A DNA stretch of 63,786 nucleotides, the filler included, from Atractiella rhizophila (Eukaryota): NCBI GenBank assembly GCA_021432655.1. It is 5 parts of 5 records of this genome, joined end to end, with 100 filler letters (N's around TTAATTAATTAA, not from the genome) between each part and the next. Parts side by side here need not be neighbours in the genome. Positions count along the whole stretch, not along the records: positions 33,610 to 50,310 come from MU271897.1; 4 more parts are not named here. One strand, written 5' to 3'. The notes under the pieces are model-generated. The model did not search any database and had not been told where the DNA came from. It worked only from the letters and a program-made list of their open reading frames with translations. The translations under genes and the position numbers were made by a program. Position 1 is the stretch's first letter; every line of letters begins with the position of its first letter. Below are positions 34,219-47,540 of the stretch, one piece after another.

Positions 34219-35728
34219 TTAACTACGACTGGACGGCGTCCTCTCAGCCGAGAACTCTTTAGTTACATGTTCACCTTCCACATGAACCTATCCCGTCCGA
34301 AAGCATCAACATCTCATCCAATCGTGTCATGAGATGAAACGAACCATTACTCCGACTTGCACGCCATTCGTCTCATACCCCTTCTTCAAAGTATAGCCCG
34401 TCAATCCAACGCCAGCGCTCTCCTCCTCAATCGACATTATGTCAGGCTTCTCCCTCGAATTGAGATCCAAATGCTGGTGAAGATCATTAAGGGCGACAGC
34501 AACGCCACCAAGTGATTGGTTGCGCTGACCACCTTTGGAGGCTCCTTGCGAAGAGCTGTTAGATGACTCCTTGGTATTGCGTGCTGACGCGTGGTTCCTG
34601 AAGAAGGTACCTTGTCCAACTGAGGCGATGGCATGGGCTTCCTCTGCCCGGAGGTTGAGAATAATGTGTGAGCAGGCGACAGAAGTAAGTAGCAGGGACC
34701 TTGTCAACCGAATTAATGTCGCGGTTTGGAATGAAATATGGGAGACGAACATGGGGCTGTTGACGGCTTCAAGAGCAGGATTGGGGAGAAGGTAAAAGAT
34801 CGTGTTGATCACTGCATATCAAGCATTGTCAGACTATTCGGGTTCGAAACGAATCTCAGGAGGAGAAGACGCACGATTGCAGATAAAAATGCATCCGAAG
34901 TACAATAGTCCATCTCTGAAGAAAACCTTCAAGAGCGGCGTTCTCGCACCTTGTCTCATATAATTGGTGCACTTATAGACAGTGAGGATCAGGACCACGC
35001 TGTCGAAGACGATCGGTGAGACCCAGTAAGCCACTGTGAAGTCTTTGCCATTTTTGCTTCCACCTGTCCATCAAGGACGAGTAAATATCCCCTTCATTCA
35101 AACAGGATAGGTAGGGGACGCACCAGTAGCAATGCACGGGCCAGTCCCAGATATGGGAACCGCTGTTGCACTAGAGTTATCAGACTTCGACTGCTGCAAG
35201 AAAGGTTCCCAACGTACGCCGAAAGACGTGCAAGGAAGTAAGGAGCACGGCAATTTCTCCTGTGAGAAGTGCTAAGAGACCCCAGAGAACATATTTATTC
35301 TTTTGCCAGATCGCATACGTTCTGACGAGCAATATACACTCCGAACAGACCGTCGTCCACATGCATAACCTGTCAGTCCGTCAATCATTGAAAATACTTC
35401 GTGAGTTGCAAAGTAGGAGGGACACTAACGCGGGGATCCAAATGACAAATCGTTCGCAAGTCTGCTGAGTGAAGTTGCTCAAAAAGCTGGCGAGCGATAG
35501 ACCGAGGACGATGAGAGTCCAATATCGATTGAAAAGGTACAAGATCTTGATGAGCGACCACTGATTCTTCCAAATCCTCTGATACTCTTTGGGGAGAGCG
35601 AGGATCCAATCCCAAACTGTTACAGAGTAGATAGCCGTGAAATAGATCTGTGTCACTCGTACGAGATGTTCGGCGTATGCCTGGGCTGCGAGCTCTTTGG
35701 GAGTGAGATCAGTTGTGGTAGAGGACAT
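34219..35728 (-). CDS. DUF6533-type multi-pass (7TM-like) membrane protein
   Basis: VWDWILALPKEYQRIWKNQWSLIKILYLFNRY, ILLVRTYAIW, FDSVVLILTVYK, PLLKVFFRDGLLYF, SVACSHIILNLR. Confidence 0.85.
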
Positions 35729-38011
35729 ATTGATTTGTTCTGAAGAAGAATAAAGCGAGAGTTGAGATCTTGGGAGGAGATTGCGCTTGTGAACTCAGTT
35801 CTTGCGTGAATATCTGCTCAGAACGTTGAACGGACGGACGGACTTGATCGACTTGGGCGAGGTTGAGAGTCGCGAAGAAGGAAGAAGTGACACTGTCGCC
35901 CTGAGCTCAGCGTGTCCGTTTTCTTCGAATTATCACGACTGAAAACGGAAGCAGGAACTAACCACAAAAACCGTTTGGGTGGATGACGGCTAGTGGTGAA
36001 AGGGCCGAAGGGATAGATAACTCTGGTCAACAAGCGACACAATGACAGGTTTATATATCTTCAGGGTCCAGTGAGGCACTCTGGGAAGAACGAATGCTTG
36101 AAAGTGTGGAGAACTATGTTGGAACCCTTCTTTCTGCTTCTGACTAGCCCTGAACACCACATGAGGAAACAACTGAGAACCAAAATACGACTGACTCCAA
36201 CTGTTATTCGTGAAACTTGAATGCCTCTGGCCTTCACGGGACGGGATGTTTATTACGCGAAGTGAACAGACGGTAGAATCCACCAGAAGGTCAGATGAGC
36301 GTATGCGCATTAAATATCCATTGGTTAGAGGTATGTATTAGTCGCGGGGGTTCGCTCAAGAGTGGTGGAGGAGACTGTCTCCAATTTCTTACCATCGCAG
36401 CACCAGTTGTTCCTGAGGCTGGTCTAAAACAATCTAACGCTTAATGATGACAACATAATTATGTGGTAGCACTTAGCGCATTGAGCCTGAAAACTGGGTC
36501 ACTCGCATGTCTGCCTGACGATCAATGTCGAAGAAGCTGGTTGAATGCGTTCAGGAGAACCTGCACCAAATGAAACAACTTCGTGATAGCCGAAATATTA
36601 GCTAGAGCAATCGAAACTGAGGCGGTCCTCAGAAGATCAAGTTTGAGCAGTCATGAATGGGATATGGATCAAGGACCAAACGATGCGATAGACCAGGTTT
36701 CAATGCCAAATTCTCTGACTCAAAAAAGCAGACCTCCGATCGTAGCATGCGAAATCTTGCAAACCACTAGAAGGCTGATCGGAGGAACACTGGCATTTTA
36801 TTCTGGGACATTCCTTCCACACCCACAAGAATGGGAAGACTGCGTAAGATCGCAAGAAGAGCCTTCGAAGCTCTTATTTAATTGAAGCCGGTGATCGGTC
36901 TCATTCAGGAGACAGGGGAATAGAATATACCGACGCATTGACCCAGGCGGGAGACGGTTGAAAGCGATCAACAGACTTGAACCAGCCAGGCGGTAGAGTT
37001 AGCAAGTGGCACAGCTCGTTTAAGGAGACATGTTTAAGGAGACATGGAGGAGGATGAAGGAGACGAGAGTTTAACTTGAACTGTCACTGCTGTTGCAGTC
37101 TAGTTGAAGGTGGAGAATTGCCTTGCGGGTACTAGTCTGTCGCTCGGAGCCCTGCAGCCAGCGTAATTAGGACATAGCGTCGTGAGAAAGTTCAGTGAAC
37201 TAATCCGGATGACTGAGGCGGGCAGAACTGAGGGCACCCGCTGAGGGAGGGCAATCACGGAAAGATAATCTGGACTCATCCCCCCACACCTCTTTCAAAT
37301 CTAAAATAAATGAATGACCAGCAGCACGTTTGGCTTGAGCGAAAGCCCATAAATTTCAAAGTTGCAACATTCGTCCGGCTTTTCGTGCAAAGGACGCCGC
37401 CAACCGAGAACAAGGTACAATATTAATTTTTAAGCCTCCCATAGCTGCAGGCCAAATCCCGATTAAGGAGAGGTAGGATAACGACCGCGGCTGAAACAGG
37501 GCTTCGAAATCATGTGTCTCTGCTTCTGAACGTTCCGCGCCGTTCGCTCTGCGCTCGCTCGCTGAAACTGTCAGTTGGGAGCAAAAGTCAGAACTTCGAA
37601 AACTCAGACCGATCCTGGGAAGCCAGCCGCATCAGACCTTCGTCTGCATCTTTATTAGATATCGGCGCAGAAAATGACGGATTTGACTAAGTTTGGAGGG
37701 CCTTTGGTTTGTTTGAAAGAGACAACTTGAAGGGACAACCTGCAGGAAAGGGCAACGCTTGACTAGTCCTTCTGGCCTGTGCCCCACTACACCTCTTGCA
37801 AAGAGTTCTTTGGAATAGGAAGGAATATGCCAATAGGAATCTCACCTCCTTCAGGAACATATAGTCCATAACTGAACTGCTCAATGTCGCGCTTGCTCTT
37901 GCTCTGTTCACGTCATACTCTCCCTAGGGGGCCAAACTTCAGCTTCCTGCTTCAAGCTTCAAGCTAAAACGAGGCTTTTGGATATCAGCCTGAGAGAGGG
38001 ACGTTAAACAT

Positions 38012-40377
38012 TTGATTTTACCTTGGTTCATTCCTACCAGTGGTTTGGTAAACATTTCGACTTGTCTTTGCTTACAAGATTTGCTTCTATCAGAACAGCT
38101 TAGTCTCCCCTTTGCAACTACTGGTGGTTCTGCATTTCGAAAATTTATCCGCCTAAATACGCGAACCACCGATAGATGTCCAAGGCCACCAAGGCTGCGT
38201 TTAAAGAACTTGCATTCACACCTTTCGCTTCGAGGATATGCTTCCTTTGCATCTGTAGACTCTCTTGTGAAGACATCTCAGAGTGATCCGTATCCCGACG
38301 AAGCCATAATTTTGGGGGATGACACAGTGAGTTCTTCCTTCATGCTGGTGAATTGCCCGCGAATTGATTGGTGAATAGCAGGCACAGTTAGAAAGTGATC
38401 TCAAGTCTCGACTGCATGCTCTGTTGAGTCTACTTGGTGTGCCTGATCTATTGACGACAGCGCCATCCAGACCGCCAGATGCAGAGGAAGCGGCTCCCAC
38501 ATTCATCTTCGGTGATGGCACCGACCCTTTCTTGCGTATACGAGAATGTAGGAAGTCGGTCAGAGCCATGGATGAACTTATTCAATCGCTATCTCACATT
38601 GCTAACCTCCCGGATCAGTAGTTCGACACTTGCAGATTCACTTGACGACATTTTCATTGGATTCTTTCTTCTGCAGATGCATAAGGAAGCTTGTGCCTGG
38701 GGAAAATTAGCCAGCGATGCTTACCGTGACTCTGATTCCCCTAACTCGGCGGGTCATTCTCGTTTGTTGCATAACTTGGGAAGCGTTTATGAGTATTTGG
38801 GAGATCAAGCATCTGCACTGAAAGCTCGAGTGGAATGTATCGAGATCGAAATCAAACGGCAACTGGTCCTTCAAGCGGAAGAAGCGAGAGATTCTACCCA
38901 GCGGCGGTTGCATCTCCAGGGTCTCGCAGAGTCGCTAAATAATCTCTCCGCATCTCTTAATGACGAACCTTCAAAACTGCTTGGTCTCCTTGAAGAGAGC
39001 CTTGCACATTGGAGAATTTGTTTGACGAGTCATGAAGGCTTCTCGATCGATGCTGTTGAAAAGGCGCTCGTACCATTGAGAAACTTGGCTATCCGTTTTA
39101 TCACTGACTCGGAGAATGTGCAGCTCTTCACATCCCTGTTTATAGAGCATTCAACATTTTTTGAGCGACTTCTTCTGACCTTGAATTCTCAGTCAGACGT
39201 GCCAAAAAGCCACCTGGGTTACATTTGGGGATATTTTGGCGATGCGATGGGAATTGCTTACCATAACGGAAAGCAAAAGAAGGACAATGCAGTAGAAACG
39301 TTTTACGAGCTCTCTTGCTCCGCGTACCGTCGATCGTCGGAGTTGTTGAATCTCATGTTGACTTCAGCCTCTCCTATTGAAGGGCCTCATCGTGCGATGG
39401 CCGCCAAACATCTCTGGGATTATTCCCAAAGATTTGTGCGCCTTTTGTTACGCCATCGAGAGTTCCAATCGTGTGTTGTTGAGGTTGATACGGCCCTGGA
39501 CATTGCCAAAACTCAGCTCAAAGGCGACTGGAAAGTTGCTGCCTCTGCACATCGGATAATGTCATGGAAACTGGAATGTCTGTATGAGCTTAACTGGCCT
39601 CTTCTACGAGAGAAGATATACGACAAATCGCTTACAGAGGACGATCCTGAATTGGGATGGCTAACAAGCCCGTGTCTGTTGTCTGTCTTTGGGTTCGAAT
39701 TTCTGCCAGCTCTCCAACTTCCAGAACCCAAAATTGTCCACATCACCACCCGGGAGGAATTGGTGAACCAGAAAGAACAATTTGATGATTTGACCTCTTT
39801 CTATTTCGCTCACATCGGATACTATGGTCGAATGAACGTGCACATCCTTGCTGTTCCGTACTGTGAGATGATCGTGCATGGTTTTCAGGATAGCATCGCC
39901 CAAATAGAGGCGCTGAAACCTATGACGGAATATGATCTGCTCATTCTTCGACACACCAAGACAGCGATGGCCTATGCCCAACGGTACGCTGCCATCGCCC
40001 ACACTTTGTTCCGCAATCTTGACGACGCCGAAACCTTTGTCAACGCTGCCATCACAAGCGAATTCGAATACGAACCCACAATCGGCCTCGTGTCTGCGTA
40101 CCATATACGCTCAGCTGTACTCTCACGTCGTGGTCAGAACGAAGAAGCTGGCGAGTGGCTGCAGAAGTGTTTGGACATGATGGAAAGGACGGTTGGAGTC
40201 GAAGGTCCTTCAGGTCAACTTGATGACCTTTATCGGACTGTCCTGCAGATCGTACAGGACGACGCCACAAAGCTCCAAAGGAAAGATATCGCTCAGCGTG
40301 CGCTGGAGCGAGCGACTGAGAAGGGTTGGACCTTGTCGATCACGGGTAAACCTGCCTTCTTCCTTGCTGATGGTTAA
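38012..40377 (+). CDS. Hypothetical alpha-helical, TPR-like protein (5' exons uncertain)
   Basis: Long open terminal exon of more than 550 codons with TPR-like helices (LLHNLGSVYEYLG, LAESLNNLSASL, RGQNEEAGEWLQKCL); upstream exons near 38012-38620. Confidence 0.65.
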
Positions 40378-41859
40378 ATTATTATTTCTTCTATTATACC
40401 ATTCTCAGTCCACGTTTCGGTGCTCATCACTTCTCATTCATATTTATGACAATCCGCAATTTGTCGATGTACCACTCATTTCATGTCATAAAATGTAATG
40501 TTGCATCCCATTCTCGCAATGACCTAGGGGAGTCCGTAAACAAGATACGAGTAACCAGCCTATGAAGATACACAATTGCCTTCATTGCATCCAATGCGCG
40601 CTTTATGTACAAAATAAAGGAGAATCTCGACATTTCCGACTCTTTAGAAGGCAGTTCCAAGCTCGTAACCAAAGAATCATTCCTCTGATAAGGAGGGAGG
40701 ACACTCGGCTAGCATCGATGATGGAGACACAACTATTGGGATCGTTGGACGTTTGGTATTGAGAAGAAGTTGACTGCAATGTGGCCTTTCTCACAGGCTG
40801 GGGAGTGATTTCTGGATGTTCAACACTAGACCCTTTGTGTTTTCGTTATTTTGGAAGGAGAGTCTAGAATGGGACAGTTGGAATGACACAATATTATGCT
40901 GTAAATTTTTCATCTTTACAGGTAAATGATCGCCGCTTTTGCTTTGTGCGCTTCTGCTCTGTGTATTGTATGTACAAATTAATGATGAGATATTTTTGCA
41001 AGGCTGTGCCTGGAAGACAACGCTTCGTGAAGAGATGAAGAGAGTCGCTCTCCTGGTTTGTTTCTCCTACCCCTTCTTTCAACCCGGCAAATGAGAAACT
41101 CCTTGCAATTGGCTTTTATGTATGGATGAAGAAGAGATACCTCTTCTTTCTTTCAACTGTAAAAGCATATTGCGACGTTGACCATTTCACAGAATTCTTT
41201 GGTCTTCAAACGCCTCAGAGCGCTAAAACCATAGACATCTTCGGCATGCGACTCACACCTCCTCCTGCCACTTCCGCAGACAACAAAACGTGGACCAAAC
41301 CTACCGTCACTTCGGCAGTCGCTTGCCAAGCTCAACTTCAATCTCAGAATAAAGATATTAGCGGAGTCACTGGATCACATCGATTTCACTCTCATCATCT
41401 GTCCAAAACGACGCAAAATCTGTTCTTCCCCCTTCCTCATCATCCCACTGATAACATCCCCCATCCTAAAGGAAGAAGGACGAAACCACCATCTGGGCGT
41501 TGAGACGGTATCGAGGTAAGTTGGCTAAGAGACAGAGTTTAGAAGGATGGGCACCGATGGGCGTCTGGGGGCCAATCGGAGCGGAGTGTGAGCTGCTGAG
41601 ATGCTCTGATTGGTCCTCCAACCGCTCGGGGGAATCCGGTCCCGCGTTTGTTGGGGCTTTGAAATCCCGGAAATCTGATAAAAACGTCCATCAGCTCGTT
41701 CCCCAGCCTCCCCAGCGATAGTCATCCTGACAGTGGTCCCTCAGTGATTTCTTTGCTGATTGGCAGAGCATTTTTTTATCTAGAGCTTCATAAACGACGC
41801 ATTCTTTCATCGCTTTATAACTATCGTCATAACTCCCTTCGTAATCAGCACGCCTCAAA

Positions 41860-44225
41860 ATGGAGACCATCCTCGTCCTCGGTGCTTCCTACTCTGGTCA
41901 GCCTTCCTTTTGGTCTATTCCCTTCTTTGACGATGATTGACGACTCCATGACGGCGGGTGGACAGGAGCCCGGTGCGCCGAGCTGCTCTCGCAGTCCCTC
42001 CCTCCGACACACCGAGTGCTGCTCATCGACCGCCAGACTCACTTCAACCGTACGTTGACGTTTCCTTACCCCCTCTGGCCTTACATACATATACGGAGAG
42101 CAGACGTGTACATCTTCCCTCGCCTCTCCGTCCTCCCCAACCACTCCCACAAGGCTTTCGTTCCATACACCCGTCTCCTTTCTCCACGCGCCTCCCAATC
42201 CACTATCCCTGCCGTACCTCCTCCGCCGCCAATTGATGCTGACGTCAAAAGATCAGAGTTGGAGGACGAGGAGGAGAGGATGACGTCGACGCCGAACACG
42301 ACGGGGCATGAGGTTCCATTACTGAGGTTGAGGCATGGAGAGCTCGTCAGGCTTCTAAAGAAGAAGAAGGGAGTTGGTGCTAAAGGTTTGGATAGAAAGA
42401 GGGTGTGGGAGTGGACGGACGACTCTACCACTCCCCTCATCTCTTCTTCCATACTCTCCTTCCCCAACCTCATCCCTATCAGAAAGGAAAAGGAGGAAGT
42501 GGAGGAAGTTCCAAAGGTCAAGATCACCCACACTTCCTCCTCTTGTACAGGAAACTGCGCTGGTTGCCCTTGTTCTTCCAACCCGAACCCTCCACTCCCA
42601 TTCACACCAACAGGGAACAGCATCGGTTTACCGACCGAGAAAATCTCTAGCGGCGTGGTGGAATCGTCTGTAGATGAGGAAGTCACCCTCACTTCTTCTT
42701 CCTCCTCCGCTGGGACCACACTGCGGACTAGTTCGAGCTCATCCTCGCTTTCCTCTCTCTCCTCAACCTCAGCCATCTTCTCATCCTCCTCCCTCCTCCC
42801 TGATCCCTCCGAAACCTCTCAGTCCACAGCTCCATCCTCTCCCAGGCTTTCTTCATCCTCGACCTTCTCGAGGAAGAGCACGGAATCTTTCGTTGCTCCA
42901 CAATCCCCCACTGCCAGTATGGTCCATCCTGCGTTGAGGGAGGAGAATAAGGAACATGCGCTGCTCAGAGCAAATATCGTCAAGTTGGACACGAAGAGCG
43001 TGGTGTTGGAGCTGTTACCGGACGGAGAGAGGGTTGAAGTTGCGTTCTCTCATTGCGTACTAGTACATCCCTCTCCTCATATTCTAATGCGACACCCGCT
43101 CATCTATCTTCATGGAAGGCTCTCGGCTCAACCCTCCCACCTGTCCTCGTCCCTCCACCAGGCACAACGACGAAGCCAGCCTTGATCGACTTCCTTAATG
43201 CTCAACACCTCGATATCCGACGAGCTCGGAATGTTTTGGTCGTTGGAGGTGGTGCGGCCGGCATTCAGTATGCGAGCGATATCAAGGATGCGTGGCCGGA
43301 GAAGAAGGTGACGATGGTCCATAGTCGCATGAGGGTCCTGCCGGAGTTTGAGAGGGAGGTTCATGATATTGTACGTCCCTTTCGCAGAAGTCAGAGTGGA
43401 AACTGAAACGTGCCTTGTTTTGTGCGTGGGCGAGTAGACGATGCAGAGGTTGGAGGAGTTGGGAGTGGAGGTCGTGTTGGGAGAGAGGGTCACGATACCT
43501 TCAGATGGGGAGGGAAAGCCTCAGAGGGGAGAGAAAAGGACGTACGTGACCTCCAAAGGCCGAGAGATCAAAGATGTCGATCTACTGGTTCGTCTTCCAC
43601 TTTCTCAAGCACCTACCCACTCTGTATGTCGTCCTGACTGACAACTTAGCTGCTCTGTACTGGTCAAAGACCGAACTCCACCCTCATCCGCTCTTCCTTC
43701 CAATCCTCCGTCAACGACTCTGGATACGTTAAGGTCAATCGACACATGCAACTTGTGGACGCGGAGGGAAGCGTGCTTGGTGATGGAAAGGTGTGGGCGG
43801 TAGGAGACGTGGTGGATGGGTTCGGAGCTATCAAGGCGGGACACACCGGTGCGTCGTCTTTTCCCTCCACTCTCTATTGAGAGAGAAAGGGAAACTGATG
43901 ATCTCCCCTTGTGTGATCAGGCTGGAACCAAGCGACGATCTGCGCACAAAACATCCTTCGTCTCCTCCAAAACCCTCCAGCGCAATCACAACAGCGATCC
44001 AAACCCGCTCTCCAATCATACTATCCCGGCGTACCCATGATCCGTCTCACGCTCGGCCTACGACATTCTGTCAGCCAAATCGCCGTCGATGGTGGCGTCG
44101 AGGTCAAGGTGACGGTGTTGGATGAGCCGAAGGAGGGAGAGAAGGAGGATACGGGATGTTGGAGGGCTATTTGGAGGAGGATGGGATGGAAGGAGGGCGA
44201 GGAGGATGGGGATGCTTGGATTTGA
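41860..44225 (+). CDS. AIF/AMID-like FAD-dependent pyridine nucleotide-disulfide oxidoreductase
   Basis: TILVLGASYSG, VLLIDRQTHFNHVYIFPRLSV, VLVVGGGAAGIQYASDIK..KVTMVHSR, CTGQRPNS, VWAVGDVVD..AIKAGH. Confidence 0.9.
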
Positions 44226-45430
44226 GCCTTTCTCTTGTGAAGCGCTGGCAGTCACAGTACGGTAGTCGGAGAAGGAAGTAGAGTGAAAGGATAGATGTTT
44301 TGAGCATCGATCATTCATGTCGTCGCCCGCTGGCGCTAGATACGTACACTTTCAATGACCATAGTTTCTTTTCTCTCTCCTCATCCTTTATATTGACCGA
44401 GGTCAAAGGCTCTCTCATCGGGCTTGCCGACGCGAGTCGTCACCAATGGCAAGTCACTGTGTGCGGAAACGGATGAGACGGGGTGACACACAACCTGCTC
44501 TAAGTAGCATGCTATGCGCTGTGCTATGAAAACCAACTTGAACTCGAAGGTCTTTATTAAGGGACCACAATGGTCATTTCAAAATCGCGTTTCAAGATCC
44601 AGAGCTGTCTGAAGACATTTGATAATGGAATGCTCTGCGCGAACCATCGATACATGTTCAATTCCTTAGCGATTTCAATCGCTCACGGTCGCTCGACGCC
44701 ACTGATTTTGGGACTGAGTCAAGGAAGAGCTATAGGGAGAGAAGAGTGAGTTTTGTTGTCAAGGGGCCACAAGCTGTTTAGGAGTATACATTTCCGTAAA
44801 GCGTATTGTCCCAAAACATGCTCATAGCTTCATCAATTTTATCCTGCACCGCAGTTAATCGGCTGCTCTGTTCTGTCATGAGCCTCCTTTGCGGATGGCA
44901 CGAAACTATACGCACGCTCTAAATACGTTTATTTGCTGAGAGACACAACGAAATTTGAGGTATTTGATCATTTCATAACAACTAAACGCAGAACTGGTCG
45001 ATAGGAACTAGAGTATTGCTGGACACCAGAAAATCATCATGGAGGCTTGAGAAGGAGGCAAGAGGTAACGAGGAATAGGATATACAACAACGTTCTTTCT
45101 TCTGAGGCTTGAGAGCTTGGCGGTTTGAGGATCTGAGGAGTAAAAATATGAACCAAAAGAAAAAGAATATACATATGAGAAATGGAGGAGCGAAGTTGAG
45201 ACGACGTAAAATTTTGGACTTTTTCGTTGCGTTCTTGGTGTCGTTGTGGTGTTCTTGGATAACTGAGGATTTGTACGTCGGGATGGGATGAGATGAGGAG
45301 TGATTATGCGGTTCGAGGAATGAAGGCACGAATGAAAGTAACAGAAAACCAAAATAGACATGTATGAGGTCTACCATCTTCCAATCGATCAGACTTTCAG
45401 TCATCAGCCCCAACAAAAGAAATAGCAGAC

Positions 45431-47540
45431 CTAGATCCCCTCAATCCCTAATCCCCTTTCTCCGCCGTGGCCAGCCATGAGCCTCTGCATCCTCTCACCC
45501 GCTCGCCCACTAGCTCTTCCACCCCCAACCGGACTTCCGAGAGCTCGATTGTTCACCAAGTTCCTCTTGGACGGGCTAGAATGATGCATCATCATCGTCG
45601 GAGTCGCCATCACGCTTCCAGCACCAGGAGTATACAAGCCTGGCTCAGCCCACCACCCCATTTTCTGGGTCCCAGTCATCGGCGGCGTCCAAGGAAGTCC
45701 ACGGACGCCCGCTCCCCTCGAAGGTGTCTCATTCGCGTTCCAATGCGCAATCGCCTCCCCTTCCATGGCCCTGTACTCTTCAATCGTCGGCCGGCCAGGG
45801 GTCCACATCGGATTGCTAACAGTAGGCGGCTTTCCGTACGGCTCGTTGATGACGGGGACGCCACCGACCATTTTCAATGCTGCGGAGCTCCTTCGCAGAC
45901 CTTGCACGGAAGCAGATGGGGTTTGGTCGTAGAATGGATCCTTGGTGTAGACCTGTGGAGGAGTGACTGGTCGGTACTCTGTGTCGATTCGCGGAGTGGT
46001 CGGCCCACGACGATAGGCAAAGGCTGAGGTGGGAGTGGGAGTGGGAGGAAGAGAATGAGTCGGAGGGCGTGGACGCGCTTTGGGACGGAGACCGCCGGAG
46101 CAACGGAAACAGTACCATTCATCGCCTAGCTCTTCTGCGTCTGAGAATCCGAGACAAGAGAGGTGGAACCAGACGTGACAAGCGTCGCATTGCACCATGC
46201 CTGTCCATTAACGAACGGTAAGGTCAGTAAAAGGATCATACTACAGTGAGGAACGAGGGAGGCATACATTCGCCATCGTCTCCACGAGAACAGACGCAGC
46301 TATCATCCACCGGTCCGGTCTTCTTTCGCCTCCTCATCGCACCATCTGCCTTTGCTGGCGACTCCCCCTGGACTTGACTCCGGTTCTTCAACCCCCTCCT
46401 CCTTTTCCTCGGGCTCTTCGTCTCCTCCTCCGCCTTCCTTGCATCCATCTTCTGCTTTTTGACCCTTAACAAGGTGACGAGTCCCCTTCCGCCGATAGCG
46501 ACTTCGTCCTTGGATTCGATGTATGGATTGTCATCCTCGACGACGCTCATGCCATCGTTCGCAAAGGACGCAGTAGGTTGGAGCGTGAGCGGGGGCGGAA
46601 ACTCCTCGTCTGCGCTCGAAGACTCGTCCATGAGCCAATCCTCGATCCTCCTCTTCCTTTCTCGGGACGCTATGTCGTCCTTCCAACCCTTTTTGCCACC
46701 AATTCCCTCATACTCCCACTCGTAGAGTTCTCCACCACCAAGAGGTTTGACCGGGACCTGAGAAGGATGAGGATCGGGTTCGTCAATTGGCCAACCCATA
46801 GCAAGGAGATAGTCGCGGGAGACAATACAGCGTCCCATGCTGCTCAACTCTGCTTTCACGACCTTGACATCTGCGTGTTCTCCTTCTCTCTTCTCTTCGA
46901 AAGCCTTCAACCACCTCTGAACTCCTCTCCTCCTCTCTTCTTCCCGTTTCCTCCTCATGTCCTCCTCATTCCCATTCCCGGCGGCAGAAGAAGAAGGAAC
47001 AGACGGAAATCCATCCTCCTCTCCCACCGCCACTCCGCCCTCGTAGGTCCACACCACCCGTTCCTCCCTCTCTCCCACCTCCACCCTTGCCCGACCACTA
47101 TCATCCAACTCACACACAAACCCCCTCTTCATCCTAGGACCCTTCCAATCTTTCATCTTCGGAACGACTTTCTCACCCTCCACTTTCTCTCCCGAAAGCG
47201 AGACATCAAGACAACGTCCCTTCGCAGGCGAGAGGAGCACAGACACCTCTGGCACCGGCATTGGCTGCGGTGGATCTCCGGAGGTCATAGCGTTTCCGAT
47301 CTTTTCGTCGTTTTGAGAGTAAGCCTGAGGGGGGTCCTCTGCGTCCGCCGGCGGAGGGAGGAGCGACTTTTTCTTTTGTTGTTGGCGTTTCGGCTTCGGC
47401 TTCGTCTTGGTCTTTGAACGGGACGCGGATCCTTTGCGGACCACTTTGAACATGTCCGTGAGACGAGTTTGGGAGGGATCGTGCTCGTCGATGGCCGGAG
47501 CTGGAGAGGGTGAAGGCTCCGGAGTCGAGTCTGGGGACAT
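45431..47540 (-). CDS. PHD finger protein
   Basis: CVCSRGDDG.. (intron) MVQCDACHVWFHLSCLG....WYCFRC, a C4HC3 PHD; the rest is low-complexity. Confidence 0.85.

Noticed and set aside
37017..37046. Tandem duplication GTTTAAGGAGACAT x2 containing a Shine-Dalgarno-like AAGGAG before ATG
   Set aside because: A simple 14-bp duplication in eukaryotic intergenic DNA with no substantial ORF following.
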